A stretch of 32,000 bases of DNA from an uncultured archaeon. GTDB lineage: Archaea > Asgardarchaeota > Thorarchaeia > Thorarchaeales > CAZPUN01. The stretch's first letter is position 1. Every line of letters starts with the position of its first letter. The notes beneath the pieces are model-generated. The model had not been told where the DNA came from. It did no database searches and saw only the letters and a list, made by a program, of their open reading frames with translations. Positions 9,043 to 19,476 of this stretch are shown here, one piece after another. A program made the position numbers and the translations under genes. Where the stretch lies: assembly GCA_964589775.1 (NCBI GenBank), contig CAZPUN010000007.1, positions 32,687 through 64,686 on the forward strand, read 5' to 3'.

Positions 9043-9501
9043 TCAATTCACCTCCAAGTGATCGACAACCAAGTTGACTACTTGGTCGATTGCACGCTCG
9101 ATCTTCTCCGAAACACCCTCCTTGAAGACGAGCTGCGGCCCTGTAACTATTCCAAATAAGCGAATCTTCTTCGGCATTCGTTCTGGAAAAGTTGTTTTGT
9201 ACACCTCAAGCATCATATGAAATGGAAAATCATGCCCATTAGATACATCAACTTGAGGCTGAATATTGAGAGGGTCCAGCTGGACAACCTCTCCTTCGTC
9301 ATAGCCTTTGATAGCCAAAGTGTCGATTAGTATTACTTCATCATAATCCAATAGCTCATCAAATAGGTAGATTGAGCCTCCATTGAACTCTTTCACATCT
9401 GCTACATTCTTAGGTATTATCTGGGCGAGCCTCTGAGCTGCAATAAGACCTGCAGCATCATCTCCTAGAATAGAGTTTCCCACGCCCAGAATTAATCGCA
9501 C
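9043..9501 (-). CDS. [NiFe]-hydrogenase maturation protease
   Basis: LGVGNSILGDDAAG, ILID and H motifs; follows mvhA. Confidence 0.92.
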   Translation of the reverse strand: MRLILGVGNSILGDDAAGLIAAQRLAQIIPKNVADVKEFNGGSIYLFDELLDYDEVILIDTLAIKGYDEGEVVQLDPLNIQPQVDVSNGHDFPFHMMLEVYKTTFPERMPKKIRLFGIVTGPQLVFKEGVSEKIERAIDQVVNLVVDHLEVN

Positions 9502-10958
9502 TTGCCGTACCTCCGAATCTCTTTGACTAAGTTCTTGTCGGCATCATAAATCGAGATCTTCATTGGCATCTTGCCGGGTAATGAATGACTTGCACATGCG
9601 AGACATGGGTCATAAGCTCGAAATGCCATTTCAATCATATTCAGAATTGGTTCTTTTACTTCAGTTCCATTGATCAAATTCTCTGCTGCTTTTCTCACAC
9701 TGATACACATACCGGCATTATTATTCACAGTTGCGACAATTAGATTTACTTTGGTTAGGTAGCCATTCTCATCGCTTTCATAATGATGAATCAGTGTTCC
9801 ACGAGGAGCCTCGATTACGCCAATTCCACGACCGGTGATTTCACCATCAAGAGATACAATATCCTCACTGGTGAATTCCGGTTTGTCTACAAGTTCAACC
9901 ATGCGCTCTGCTGCATAAAGAATCTCAATTAATCGTGCCCAATGGAATCCTAATGTTGCATGAGATGGCTTTCCCATTACCTCTACGAACTTTTCGTATG
10001 CTTCCTGAGCTAGTGGTGTAGGCATTCCACTGGTTACATTCAATCGAGCAAGAGAATTGACTCGATAAACACCACTATCCGGACCGTCAACTCGTCCTTT
10101 CCACCCGACTTTCTTAAGATATGGGAATTTCAGGTAAGTCCAGGGTTCCACATGTTCTGCTATGTGTTCCAGGTAGTCCTGAGGATCAAACTTAGCAAAT
10201 TCTTTCCCGTCTGGAGCAATTACTTTTAGCTTTCCATCATAGAAGTTAAGCTGATCTTTATCATCAACCATACCCATATAATATGTTTCTGAGCGATATA
10301 CATCGCCCATAATAAGATCCTTGTACTTCTGATTCTTTAGAATTATGTCCTCGAATAATTTAAGCCCGAATTGTGCAAATTCAACCAGTTTTTCGCTTTT
10401 CTCTTTGAGTTGCTTTTGCATTTCCGGAGTTATTGGATGACTGATACCTCCTGGAATTCCGAATATCGGATGGATTGGCTTCCCACCAATCATCTTTTCA
10501 ATTTCTACAGATAAATGGCGATATTTCAAGACTTGCTTGACTAAATCGGGATTTTTCCTCAGCATGCCAATAATATTTCGTTCAGTAGGCTCAGCATCCG
10601 GACCCATTACAAAGTCGGGTGCTGCAAGAACATAGAAGTGAGTCGAATGACTATCAATAATATGAGATAGATATGCAAACTCACGAACAGTTTCTGCCGT
10701 TTTTGTCGGAGTACGACCATACAATCTATCCACAGCCTTTACAGATGCGATATGATGAGGCCAGGGACATACACCACAAATTCGTGGAGTGATTCGTGGC
10801 ATTTCTTCTGCAGGTCGTCCGACACAGAACTTCTCGAATCCTCTGAACTCAACTACTTGATAATAGGCATCCTCAACTTTTCCTTCCTTATTTAGAAATA
10901 TGCTGATTTTAGCCTCGCCTTCCAGACGGGAGACTGGCTCAATGACTATCTTTACCAT
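9492..10958 (-). CDS. mvhA: Group 3c [NiFe]-hydrogenase large subunit
   Basis: SRLEG, RGFEKF, RICGVC (L1), EAPRG, RAYDPCLACASH (L2) with a cleavable C-terminal extension. Confidence 0.95.
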   Translation of the reverse strand: MVKIVIEPVSRLEGEAKISIFLNKEGKVEDAYYQVVEFRGFEKFCVGRPAEEMPRITPRICGVCPWPHHIASVKAVDRLYGRTPTKTAETVREFAYLSHIIDSHSTHFYVLAAPDFVMGPDAEPTERNIIGMLRKNPDLVKQVLKYRHLSVEIEKMIGGKPIHPIFGIPGGISHPITPEMQKQLKEKSEKLVEFAQFGLKLFEDIILKNQKYKDLIMGDVYRSETYYMGMVDDKDQLNFYDGKLKVIAPDGKEFAKFDPQDYLEHIAEHVEPWTYLKFPYLKKVGWKGRVDGPDSGVYRVNSLARLNVTSGMPTPLAQEAYEKFVEVMGKPSHATLGFHWARLIEILYAAERMVELVDKPEFTSEDIVSLDGEITGRGIGVIEAPRGTLIHHYESDENGYLTKVNLIVATVNNNAGMCISVRKAAENLINGTEVKEPILNMIEMAFRAYDPCLACASHSLPGKMPMKISIYDADKNLVKEIRRYGKCD

Positions 10959-11943
10959 TATTTTTTCCTCCTTTCCTGCCCAGAATACTAGAAGGCAGTG
11001 AAAATCTATAGAATGTGCCCATAGGATCTGGAATAGTATCTATAATTTCGGCGATTTGCTCATCCGTTAGGTTATTTTCGTTGCCTGCATGCAATAGGGA
11101 GCCAATCACAGAAATCATCTTTGCACCTTGATCCTTCACACCCGGTAGAGGCCCGAAACAACCACGACACGGCAAATTGACATTAATACATCTATGGTCA
11201 CATCCACTTCTTGTAGCAGGACCCATACAAATAACTCCTTGAGCTAAGAAGCACTTGTTGGGATCAAGCTTTACTTCATGGATACGATGGAATTTTTCGA
11301 TTACAATCTTCTCAGGCTTTTCACGAGTACAATCGTGACATTGTGAGAGATTTGAGGCAAACACGGTACCCTTCTTAGGAAGCTTTCCGCCCTCTGCATA
11401 GTCCTTTAGAGCAAGAACAACATCCTTTACAAGATCTGTAGGAGGCGGACAACCGGGTACATAATAATCCACATCCACAATAGAGTCTAGTGGATATGCA
11501 TACTCCAGATATTTTGGAATTGTAAGTTCTCTGCCATCATCTTTTGAAACAGGAGTCGGGAGGATTTTCTTCGGATTATCTGTAGATGCTGTCATAACAT
11601 ATGCTTCTCGAAGTATATCTTCAGCTACGAATGCATTTGCCATACCGGGGATTCCGCCAAAACATGCACAAGCACCAAATGAGACCAGAACATCCGATTT
11701 CTCTCGAAGCAATTTGGCAATCTCTTCATTTTCATCTGTTCGGATAAATCCATGATAAAGCGATACATCAATGTGGTCGATCTTCTTCAAATAGTCCAGT
11801 TTCATATCTGTTGCAGTGGGCCAGAAAACGAAATCGATAAATTCATCTACGATTGGCAAATCTGCACTAAGATTCACAATAGTCATGTCACATCCGGAGC
11901 AAGTTGCTCCAAGTCCAATGGCCATTTTCAATCTGCGAGTCAC
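10939..11943 (-). CDS. mvhG: Group 3c hydrogenase small subunit
   Basis: CSGC, FGACACFGG, PGCPP, CHDC, CFLAQGVICMGPATRSGC, PCRGCFG. Confidence 0.94.
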   Translation of the reverse strand: MTRRLKMAIGLGATCSGCDMTIVNLSADLPIVDEFIDFVFWPTATDMKLDYLKKIDHIDVSLYHGFIRTDENEEIAKLLREKSDVLVSFGACACFGGIPGMANAFVAEDILREAYVMTASTDNPKKILPTPVSKDDGRELTIPKYLEYAYPLDSIVDVDYYVPGCPPPTDLVKDVVLALKDYAEGGKLPKKGTVFASNLSQCHDCTREKPEKIVIEKFHRIHEVKLDPNKCFLAQGVICMGPATRSGCDHRCINVNLPCRGCFGPLPGVKDQGAKMISVIGSLLHAGNENNLTDEQIAEIIDTIPDPMGTFYRFSLPSSILGRKGGKNNGKDSH

Positions 11944-12362
11944 GGTAAGTCCCTCCCATTTCGAGGACCAAGCTTTTTAATTTCCTCAGTAAATTCCTTG
12001 ATTACTCTAGCATACTTTTGTCCTTCACTTGCTGAGACCCATTCAAGTCTAAGTCTTCGGGGGTCTATGCCCATTTGCTCAAGTAGCTTCTTGAGGATAA
12101 GATACCTCTTCAGTGCTTTGTAGTTACCACTTATATAGTGGCAATCGGTAGGAGTATGGCACCCTCCAATGAATACACCGTCTGCACCTTCGCTGAATGC
12201 TTCAAGAACAAATTGAGGGTCAATCCTACCGGTACATGGTACACGAATAGGAACTACATTCGCAGGATATTTAAGACGAGTAACACCTGCCAAATCCGCA
12301 CCAGCATAAGCACACCATTGGCATAGAAATGCCACGATTTTCGGTTCGAATTTTTCGGTCAT
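11940..12362 (-). CDS. mvhD: Hydrogenase [2Fe-2S] subunit D
   Basis: FLCQWCAYAGAD, RVPCTGR, GADGV..GC...DCHY..GN, WVSASEG. Confidence 0.95.
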   Translation of the reverse strand: MTEKFEPKIVAFLCQWCAYAGADLAGVTRLKYPANVVPIRVPCTGRIDPQFVLEAFSEGADGVFIGGCHTPTDCHYISGNYKALKRYLILKKLLEQMGIDPRRLRLEWVSASEGQKYARVIKEFTEEIKKLGPRNGRDLP

Positions 12363-12366
12363 GATT

Positions 12367-14301
12367 TCACCTCAAGATGCTTTCAATCTGAGCATAGACC
12401 TGCTCGTCAGTTAGATTCTTCAATGACAATGCTCCGGATGGACATGCAGCAACACATGTTCCGCAGCCTTCACAGAGCACTTCATTTACTTCAGCCACTT
12501 TGCCCATTGTAATTGCACCATATGGACAAACAGATACACAAATCCTACATGAACTGCAAGCTTCTGGATCTACTTCCGCAACAGTGGGCTCGTGAATTAG
12601 CTTGGACTGACTTAGAATTCCCAGAGCTTTGGATGCGGCTGCGCTCGCCTGAGCGACAGTTTCAGGGATGTCTTTCGGACCTTGAACCGCGCCTGCAGCA
12701 AATATTCCCTGCGTAGCACTTTCAACTGGCCTAAGCTTAGGATGTACTTCCTTGAAAAAGCCGTGCTGGTCGACTGGGATTTTGAGAATTGACGATATAC
12801 CCTTTGTCTGTGGTACAACAGCCATTGCCAAGACAACAAGGTCTGCCTTAATTTCTAGTTTCTTACCAGTCAGCGTGTCAGCACCATAAACGACGATCTT
12901 ATCGCCTTCCTTGAACGCTGTAGCTACTTTTCCGCGTACGTATATGACGCCCTCTTCTTGAACACGCTCATAGAATTCCTCATAGTCTTTTCCAGCAGTT
13001 CGTACATCAATGTAGAATATGTATGCCTTCCCATCTGGAACCATGTGCTTGTATAATAATGCGTGCTTTGCAGTATACATACAACAGATCTTTGAGCAAT
13101 ATTCATTATGGGCAACGTCACGAGAACCTGCACACTGTACGAATACAACGGTCTTTGGTACTTTACCATCAGACGGTCTACGTAGTATGCCTTCAGTCGG
13201 ACCACTGGACGAAATCAACCGTTCGAACTGCAAAGAATCAATTACATCATCATACTTGCCATAGCCGAATTCTCCAAGATTCTCCTTGCCGTACAGGTCA
13301 TATCCAGTGGCAACAACAATTGCGCCTACGTTTTCGCGAATTAGTTCATCTTGCATGTCGTAATCGATTGCACCTACACCACATGCATCTCTACATTTTC
13401 CACAGATCATCGGGTTCAAACCGAGACATGTATTAGGATCTAGAATATAGGTCGCAGGAACTGCTTGTGGAAATGGTATGTAAATTGCCTTGCGGATGCC
13501 CATATTTCTGTCAAATTCATTTAATGCAACTGAAGGACATACATCTGAACAATCACCACAAGCTGTACATTTAGATTCATCAACATAACGAGCCTTCTTG
13601 CGAATTAGAATATCGAAATTTCCAACATATCCAGAAACTTGCTCGACTTCACTATTGGTATAGATTTTTATATTCGGATGTCGAGCCGCAGCTACCATTT
13701 TTGGAGTTAGAATACATTGAGAACAGTCCAGCGTAGGAAATGTTTCTGAAAGTTGAGCCATATGCCCCCCGATGCTAGGGTTCTTCTCAACAAGAATCAC
13801 AGGATAGCCAGCATCGGCAATATCCAAAGCGGCTTGAATCCCTGCAATTCCGCCTCCAATTACAAGAGCTTTCTTCGTTGTTTCAAATTCAATAGGAAGC
13901 AAGTCTTCATTACGTCGGACTTTCTCTACTGTGGCTCTTATGATCTTCTTCGCTTTTGCAGTTGCTTCTTCATGAGATTCATGAACCCAACTTGATTGCT
14001 CGCGTATGTTTGCCATCTCTACAGAGAACTTATTCAATCCGGCTTCAACGGCTGCATTTCTAAAGGTCTCAAGATGCATTGATGGAGAACATGCAGCGAC
14101 TACAACAGCATCCAAGTTTTGCTCCTTTATGGTTTCAATAATCAATCTCTGTCCGGGATCTGAACACATATACTTGTATGTTGTTGCGTATGCCACACCG
14201 GGTATTTTCATAGCTTCTTTCGCAACGCTTTCAACATCTACAGTCTCTGCAATATTCCTACCGCAGTGACATACAAAAACGCCAATTTTTCTTCTGGTCA
14301 A
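12367..14301 (-). CDS. hdrA: Flavin-bifurcating heterodisulfide reductase subunit A
   Basis: IGVFVCHCG, ACSP, NIREQ, GGGIAG, TFPTLDCSQC, ferredoxin inserts, QCAGSRD...YCSKICC, C-terminal 2x[4Fe-4S]. Confidence 0.96.
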   Translation of the reverse strand: MTRRKIGVFVCHCGRNIAETVDVESVAKEAMKIPGVAYATTYKYMCSDPGQRLIIETIKEQNLDAVVVAACSPSMHLETFRNAAVEAGLNKFSVEMANIREQSSWVHESHEEATAKAKKIIRATVEKVRRNEDLLPIEFETTKKALVIGGGIAGIQAALDIADAGYPVILVEKNPSIGGHMAQLSETFPTLDCSQCILTPKMVAAARHPNIKIYTNSEVEQVSGYVGNFDILIRKKARYVDESKCTACGDCSDVCPSVALNEFDRNMGIRKAIYIPFPQAVPATYILDPNTCLGLNPMICGKCRDACGVGAIDYDMQDELIRENVGAIVVATGYDLYGKENLGEFGYGKYDDVIDSLQFERLISSSGPTEGILRRPSDGKVPKTVVFVQCAGSRDVAHNEYCSKICCMYTAKHALLYKHMVPDGKAYIFYIDVRTAGKDYEEFYERVQEEGVIYVRGKVATAFKEGDKIVVYGADTLTGKKLEIKADLVVLAMAVVPQTKGISSILKIPVDQHGFFKEVHPKLRPVESATQGIFAAGAVQGPKDIPETVAQASAAASKALGILSQSKLIHEPTVAEVDPEACSSCRICVSVCPYGAITMGKVAEVNEVLCEGCGTCVAACPSGALSLKNLTDEQVYAQIESILR

Positions 14302-14303
14302 TG

Positions 14304-14846
14304 TTATTTCGCCTCCTCTCCCCGCTCATGTCCCTTGCTCAGTGCAACCTTATTAATATCTGCATATTTCTTAGGGACACGGGATAACATGGCTTTTTCT
14401 ACAGAGCTTAACTTCACAATCTCACTAATACTGGTGAAGAATCCTAACATCACCATGTTTGCTACAATACGATAACCCAAGCTTTCAGCGATTCGAGTCG
14501 CTTCAATTGCGTAAATATACTTGGCTCGTTTTGCTCTGTCATCAAGTTCAACAAGATCTTTATCATAGAATAGATAGCCACCTTCCTTCAACATCGGAAT
14601 GAACTTATGATATGCCTCCTTGGACATAATGACCATATATTCAGGCTCTGAAACAAGCGGATAGATTATTTTTTCATCAGCAATTGTAACTTTTGAACAT
14701 GCAGAACCACCACGGGCCTCAGGACCGTAACTGGGAGCATAGGCGGATTCTAACCCTTCATAGACCGCTGCTGCAAGACCAGTTGTGTATCCCATCAAAA
14801 GAATACCCTGACCACCATATCCACCAAAAAGAATCTCCTTCCTCAT
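14304..14846 (-). CDS. korC: 2-oxoacid:ferredoxin oxidoreductase gamma subunit
   Basis: GGYGGQG, SYGPEARGG, NMVMLG. Confidence 0.9.
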   Translation of the reverse strand: MRKEILFGGYGGQGILLMGYTTGLAAAVYEGLESAYAPSYGPEARGGSACSKVTIADEKIIYPLVSEPEYMVIMSKEAYHKFIPMLKEGGYLFYDKDLVELDDRAKRAKYIYAIEATRIAESLGYRIVANMVMLGFFTSISEIVKLSSVEKAMLSRVPKKYADINKVALSKGHERGEEAK

Positions 14847-15685
14847 TTCAGTCCTCTCCGTAATTTTTCTCGAAGTTCAGCCATAGACTCTTCGAAGGTT
14901 GGCTTTTCTTCATCTTTGAATTTACCAACTATGATTTTCTCGCCCCATCTAAATCCTACATTCTTGGGGTCCTCAAAGTCACGAATTTCAGTATTATCTC
15001 GCAAATACCGCATCATATCAATTCCTTCACGTACGGCATTAATTCTGCCCCATGCCGTAGGACATGGTCCAATAGCTTCAATAAATCTGAAGCCCTTCCT
15101 CTGCAAAGCTTCTTCAAAGGAGTCCTTTAGTCTACGAACGTGTAATGAGCTCCATCTTGCTACATATGTTGCACCACAAGCCGCAGCAAAATATGGCAGA
15201 TTTAGATGATGTTCCAAATTTCCATACGGACTGGTTGTTGCACGGGTTCCGGTTGGAGTTGTTGGTGCGACTTGACCCCCAGTCATACCATAAGTGAAAT
15301 TGTTCATTGCAACGACTAAAATGTCGTTATTACGTCTTGCAGCATGCACAAAGTGATTTCCACCAATTGAGAATAGGTCTCCATCACCGCTCATTACTAC
15401 AACATGAAGGTCAGGCCGAACTTGTTTTAGACCAACAGCAAAAGGTATTGGACGCCCATGAGTTGTATGGAATGAATCAAATTTCGCGTAACCCGCGGCT
15501 CTGCCAGTACAACCAATTCCAGATACTATATACAACTTATTTGGATCAATTCCAAGACTATCTACAGCATGCAAGAATGCATCAAATACTGAACCAACAC
15601 CACATCCCGGACACCAAATGTGTGGTAAGCGTTCAGTTCGTAGATATTTATCCATCGGGTGAGAGGTAACAAACTTTACAGTCAC
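14843..15685 (-). CDS. korB: 2-oxoacid:ferredoxin oxidoreductase beta (TPP-binding) subunit
   Basis: WCPGCG, SGIGC, HTTHGR, GDGD, YGMTGGQ..PTT, PCPT. Confidence 0.93.
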   Translation of the reverse strand: MTVKFVTSHPMDKYLRTERLPHIWCPGCGVGSVFDAFLHAVDSLGIDPNKLYIVSGIGCTGRAAGYAKFDSFHTTHGRPIPFAVGLKQVRPDLHVVVMSGDGDLFSIGGNHFVHAARRNNDILVVAMNNFTYGMTGGQVAPTTPTGTRATTSPYGNLEHHLNLPYFAAACGATYVARWSSLHVRRLKDSFEEALQRKGFRFIEAIGPCPTAWGRINAVREGIDMMRYLRDNTEIRDFEDPKNVGFRWGEKIIVGKFKDEEKPTFEESMAELREKLRRGLK

Positions 15686-16818
15686 GCATAAGCCTCCTGG
15701 ACTTTTTCTACAATTTCATGGGGTCTGTGTATCATGCCACCCATCTTTTCAAAAAGCTCGACCGGTACCTTGCCGTGAACTGCACGTTCTACTTCAAGGA
15801 ATACTTGCCCGTAATTTACCTCAGCAACAAAGATCTTCCGAACTTTGTCAGCAAGTTCATCGAAATATTTTGTTGCAAAAGGCCAGATGGTTCTTAATCG
15901 TGCGACCCCTACTTTCTTTCCTTCGTTCCTTAGCCGTATTGCCGCTTCTTTGATCGAACGACTTACGCTTCCAAATCCAACTAATACACATTCAGCGTCA
16001 TCCATCATAAATTCATCAATATCCACTATTTTATCCGCATTTAGTCTGATTTTGTCGTTCAATCTACGTACGAGCAATTCTTGCATTTCTTCACTTACAT
16101 TGGGATATCCACGTGCATCATGCGTAAGCCCTGTCATGTGATATGCAAAACCTTCACCAGTCGGAGGCATAGGAGGTACTAAATCCCATTTCTTCAACTG
16201 TTTATCAAAGTCCTTTGGACTTTTCATGTATTTTCGCTTAACAAGCTTGATTTTGCTTGCTGGTGGAATCTTGACCTTCTCATACAAGTGGCTAAGAACT
16301 TCATCTGTGAGTACAAGCACAGGAACTCGATATTCCTCAGATAAATTGAAAGCACGAATCATCAGGTCGAAGCACTCTTGGGGAGATTCCGGAGAAATCG
16401 CAATTATCTCATAGGGACCATGCGATCCCCACTTCGCTTGCATTACATCTCCCTGCCCCACAAGAGTTGGGAGCCCTGTGGAAGGTCCTCCGCGCTGTAC
16501 ATCGACAATGACTAACGGAGTCTCAGTCATAACTGCAAGTCCAAGATTTTCCATCATAAGACTCAATCCCGGACCGGAGGTTGCAGTCATGCTCTTCGCT
16601 CCGCCCCATGAAGCTCCAATTACTGCCACAATGGACCCAATTTCATCTTCCATTTGAATATACGTACCACCAACTTGTGGCAATCGCCGAGACAAATGCT
16701 CAGCAATTTCACTTGAAGGTGTAATTGGGTATCCACCAAAGAACCGGCAACCTGCAGCAATCGCCCCTTCAGCTATTGCAATGTTGCCACTCAGGTAATG
16801 AAAACCCGCCTTTAGCAT
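15682..16818 (-). CDS. korA: 2-oxoacid:ferredoxin oxidoreductase alpha subunit
   Basis: GYPITPSSE, QMEDE, TSGPG, QRGGPSTGLPT. Confidence 0.93.
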   Translation of the reverse strand: MLKAGFHYLSGNIAIAEGAIAAGCRFFGGYPITPSSEIAEHLSRRLPQVGGTYIQMEDEIGSIVAVIGASWGGAKSMTATSGPGLSLMMENLGLAVMTETPLVIVDVQRGGPSTGLPTLVGQGDVMQAKWGSHGPYEIIAISPESPQECFDLMIRAFNLSEEYRVPVLVLTDEVLSHLYEKVKIPPASKIKLVKRKYMKSPKDFDKQLKKWDLVPPMPPTGEGFAYHMTGLTHDARGYPNVSEEMQELLVRRLNDKIRLNADKIVDIDEFMMDDAECVLVGFGSVSRSIKEAAIRLRNEGKKVGVARLRTIWPFATKYFDELADKVRKIFVAEVNYGQVFLEVERAVHGKVPVELFEKMGGMIHRPHEIVEKVQEAYA

Positions 16819-17123
16819 TATTTCATCTCCTTAGGCCTACTAAAGATTGCGAAATCAGGACATACATACGTGCAAAAGCCGCAATTCACACAAACCTTCA
16901 ATGGTTCTTCCTCGACAAGGATCGGATAGTGATATCCATGAACATTGAATTCTTCAGATGCCTTCAGCACCTGCTCAGGACAAAACTCGATACAAAAGCC
17001 GCAACCTTTGCACCTGTCTTTGATTACGTAAATTTCTCCACGTGGCCTTTCAATTCCATATCTTTCGACTAGACGCTCTAGCCATATTTCTTGTTTGGTC
17101 TCCGGGCTACTTTTCATGCCCAA
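16818..17123 (-). CDS. korD: 2-oxoacid:ferredoxin oxidoreductase delta subunit (2x[4Fe-4S] ferredoxin)
   Basis: CKGCGFCIEFCP and CVNCGFCTYVCPDFAI. Confidence 0.9.
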   Translation of the reverse strand: MGMKSSPETKQEIWLERLVERYGIERPRGEIYVIKDRCKGCGFCIEFCPEQVLKASEEFNVHGYHYPILVEEEPLKVCVNCGFCTYVCPDFAIFSRPKEMK

Positions 17124-17506
17124 TCACCGCGTTCCATCTCTGTCTATGTAAAAACTTTAGTTTCATACATATTAAATTTTACGATTTTTAGTTTTATTTT
17201 ATCAAAAAATTACCATTATTAGGAAAATTAAGTAAATCATAACTTTTACAAATAATAATGTATATATTGTAAAGAAAATTAAGCCATATTTTTTTGATTT
17301 CATAGACAAATATGAGCGCTTTTGTTCAGTTGAGATTATAATTTCATAGATTACCAGTTTGTATATGAAAACACTACATAGGGTATTGATACATGCCTAC
17401 GGATTATTTAGCTATCTCTATTTATTATTCAGGTTAAACTCATAGGAGGACAAATAAAACGATTACAAATAGGCGCTAAAAAAGAAAAGAAAAATAAATG
17501 AATATT

Positions 17507-18691
17507 CTACATAATGCCCAGAGACTTGTGCTTTTCTACGATTTGGTCCATTAACGCGTCAAGTTTCTTGAATGCTTCATCATCAGGATATCCCTTAATG
17601 AGTACTGGCTCGAGAAGTTCGACCTTTAGATTTGGAATCATGCCTTTTAGTATATCAACTGTTCTTCCACCCCAACCATAGGAGCCAACGATCGTTAGAA
17701 ACTTCGTCTTTGGCTTGATAAGATTTGCAAGAGTTGCGGCATAGATTGCCCTCGGATGAGGCCCTGCAAGAACAGTAGGAGTTCCAATGATCACTGTTGC
17801 CGCATCGACCATGGACATTGCCAGTTCGTCTATTCGGCTATCGCGAATCATATAACTATATACTTTGACACCACGATCAACTAGTCCAGCAACGAGATAA
17901 TCAACCATACGTTTTGTACTGCCATGCATTGAAGTATAAGCGATAACGACCGAATTTACGACCTTATCGGACGCCCAATCAGTGTAGGCATCAATTATGA
18001 ATTTTGGATCTTTATAAATCGGTCCATGGCTTGGAGCAATCATTTTAATTTCGTAGTTATTTAGCTTCTCGATGTTCTTCTTAATGAATCGTCGGAATGG
18101 CATCATAATTTCTGCGTAATATCGTTTTGCAGCATCATACAACTTTCTGTCGGGTGTTGCAAAGACTTCTGTTGTAGCCATATGAGACCCAAAGAAATCG
18201 CATGAGAATAAGATTTTATCCTCTACAAGATAAGTTACCATAGTTTCGGGCCAATGTACCCAAGGCGTGAAAATGAATTTTAAGGTCTTATCGCCGAGAG
18301 AAAGTTCATCACCATCATTGATCACGTGAAACTTTTCTTCAGGAAGATGAAGATGGTCTTTCAATAAGTCCATACACTTTTTATTTGTAACAACTTTTGC
18401 ATCTGGATAAAGCTCCAGCATTCGTGGAATAGAACCTGAATGGTCCTGCTCAGCATGATGAGAAACAATGTAATCGACATGTTCAATTTTTGTATTCTTC
18501 AATGCCTCAAGAAATTCATCTTCAAACATTGGATCAACGCCATCAATAATTACGGTCTTTTCAGTTCCCTTGATAACATATGAGTTATAGCTTGTTCCAT
18601 CAGGTAATGGCATTAATTCATCAAAATACTCACGATTGAAATCTATTGCACCATAATATATAACATTCTTAACTAATTCATACACAATCAT
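17507..18691 (-). CDS. fprA: Flavodiiron protein (A-type flavoprotein, O2/NO reductase)
   Basis: GTSYNSY, HAEQDHSG, HWPET, SCDFFG, PSHG; flavodoxin domain with YTSMHGST and GSYGW. Confidence 0.95.
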   Translation of the reverse strand: MIVYELVKNVIYYGAIDFNREYFDELMPLPDGTSYNSYVIKGTEKTVIIDGVDPMFEDEFLEALKNTKIEHVDYIVSHHAEQDHSGSIPRMLELYPDAKVVTNKKCMDLLKDHLHLPEEKFHVINDGDELSLGDKTLKFIFTPWVHWPETMVTYLVEDKILFSCDFFGSHMATTEVFATPDRKLYDAAKRYYAEIMMPFRRFIKKNIEKLNNYEIKMIAPSHGPIYKDPKFIIDAYTDWASDKVVNSVVIAYTSMHGSTKRMVDYLVAGLVDRGVKVYSYMIRDSRIDELAMSMVDAATVIIGTPTVLAGPHPRAIYAATLANLIKPKTKFLTIVGSYGWGGRTVDILKGMIPNLKVELLEPVLIKGYPDDEAFKKLDALMDQIVEKHKSLGIM

Positions 18692-18751
18692 CTTAATTTA
18701 CACTCCCTCAAATAATCCAATAAAAAAAAGAGGAATTTGGGTCTTAAATAT

Positions 18752-19411
18752 TTATAGTTTCTTGTGACAGAGCCACCAATCATAACACTCAAATTCGCCT
18801 TTCTTGGCTGCTTCAAGTCTAGCCTTTGCGTCCTTTTCACTAGCTGCAGGTGGAATAATTACATGGTCGCCGACAAGTTCGTTCTCTGGCCAATTGGCAG
18901 GCGTTGCTACTTTGTTAGCATCAGAGGTCTGAAGTGCCTTAACAATTCTAAGAATTTCATCCATATTTCGTCCAATTTCCTGTGGATAGTAGAGAATCAA
19001 TCTAATAATTCCATTAGGATCTACAACAAATACTGCACGAACTGTATTGGTTCCTTTGTTTGGATGTACCATTCCAAGAATCTTGCCAATACGTCCAGTA
19101 TCATCAGCAATAACTGGGAATTTAATTTCGACATCTAGATTTTCTTTGATCCATTCAACCCACTTAATATGGCTGAATACCTGATCAATGCTAAGTCCAA
19201 TTAACTCAGTGTTCATTTCCTTGAATTTCTCATATCGCTTCTGGAATGCGACAAACTCGGTCGTACAAACTGGTGTAAAGTCAGCAGGGTGCGAAAATAG
19301 GATAAACCATTTACCCTTGTAGTCATCGGGAATTTTTACTTTTCCGTGGGTGGTCTGTGCCTCGAATGAGGGCATTTTCTCTCCAATCAGGGGAATTCGT
19401 ACTTCACTCAT
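18752..19411 (-). CDS. Peroxiredoxin of the archaeal Prx6 type
   Basis: [21 protein letters not shown]-terminal CYDWWLC. ATG at 19411 follows AGGTGA. Confidence 0.95.
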   Translation of the reverse strand: MSEVRIPLIGEKMPSFEAQTTHGKVKIPDDYKGKWFILFSHPADFTPVCTTEFVAFQKRYEKFKEMNTELIGLSIDQVFSHIKWVEWIKENLDVEIKFPVIADDTGRIGKILGMVHPNKGTNTVRAVFVVDPNGIIRLILYYPQEIGRNMDEILRIVKALQTSDANKVATPANWPENELVGDHVIIPPAASEKDAKARLEAAKKGEFECYDWWLCHKKL

Positions 19412-19476
19412 TTTTTTCACCTTTTAGAACTTTTATGTTCAGTAAGATTTATTAATAGTTATGAGTATATAAGTTT

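Noticed and set aside
9492-14301. Selenocysteine recoding in MvhA, MvhD or HdrA
   Set aside because: The positions known to carry Sec in some archaea are Cys here (DPCLAC, CQWC, LDCSQC), and the ORFs have no in-frame TGA.
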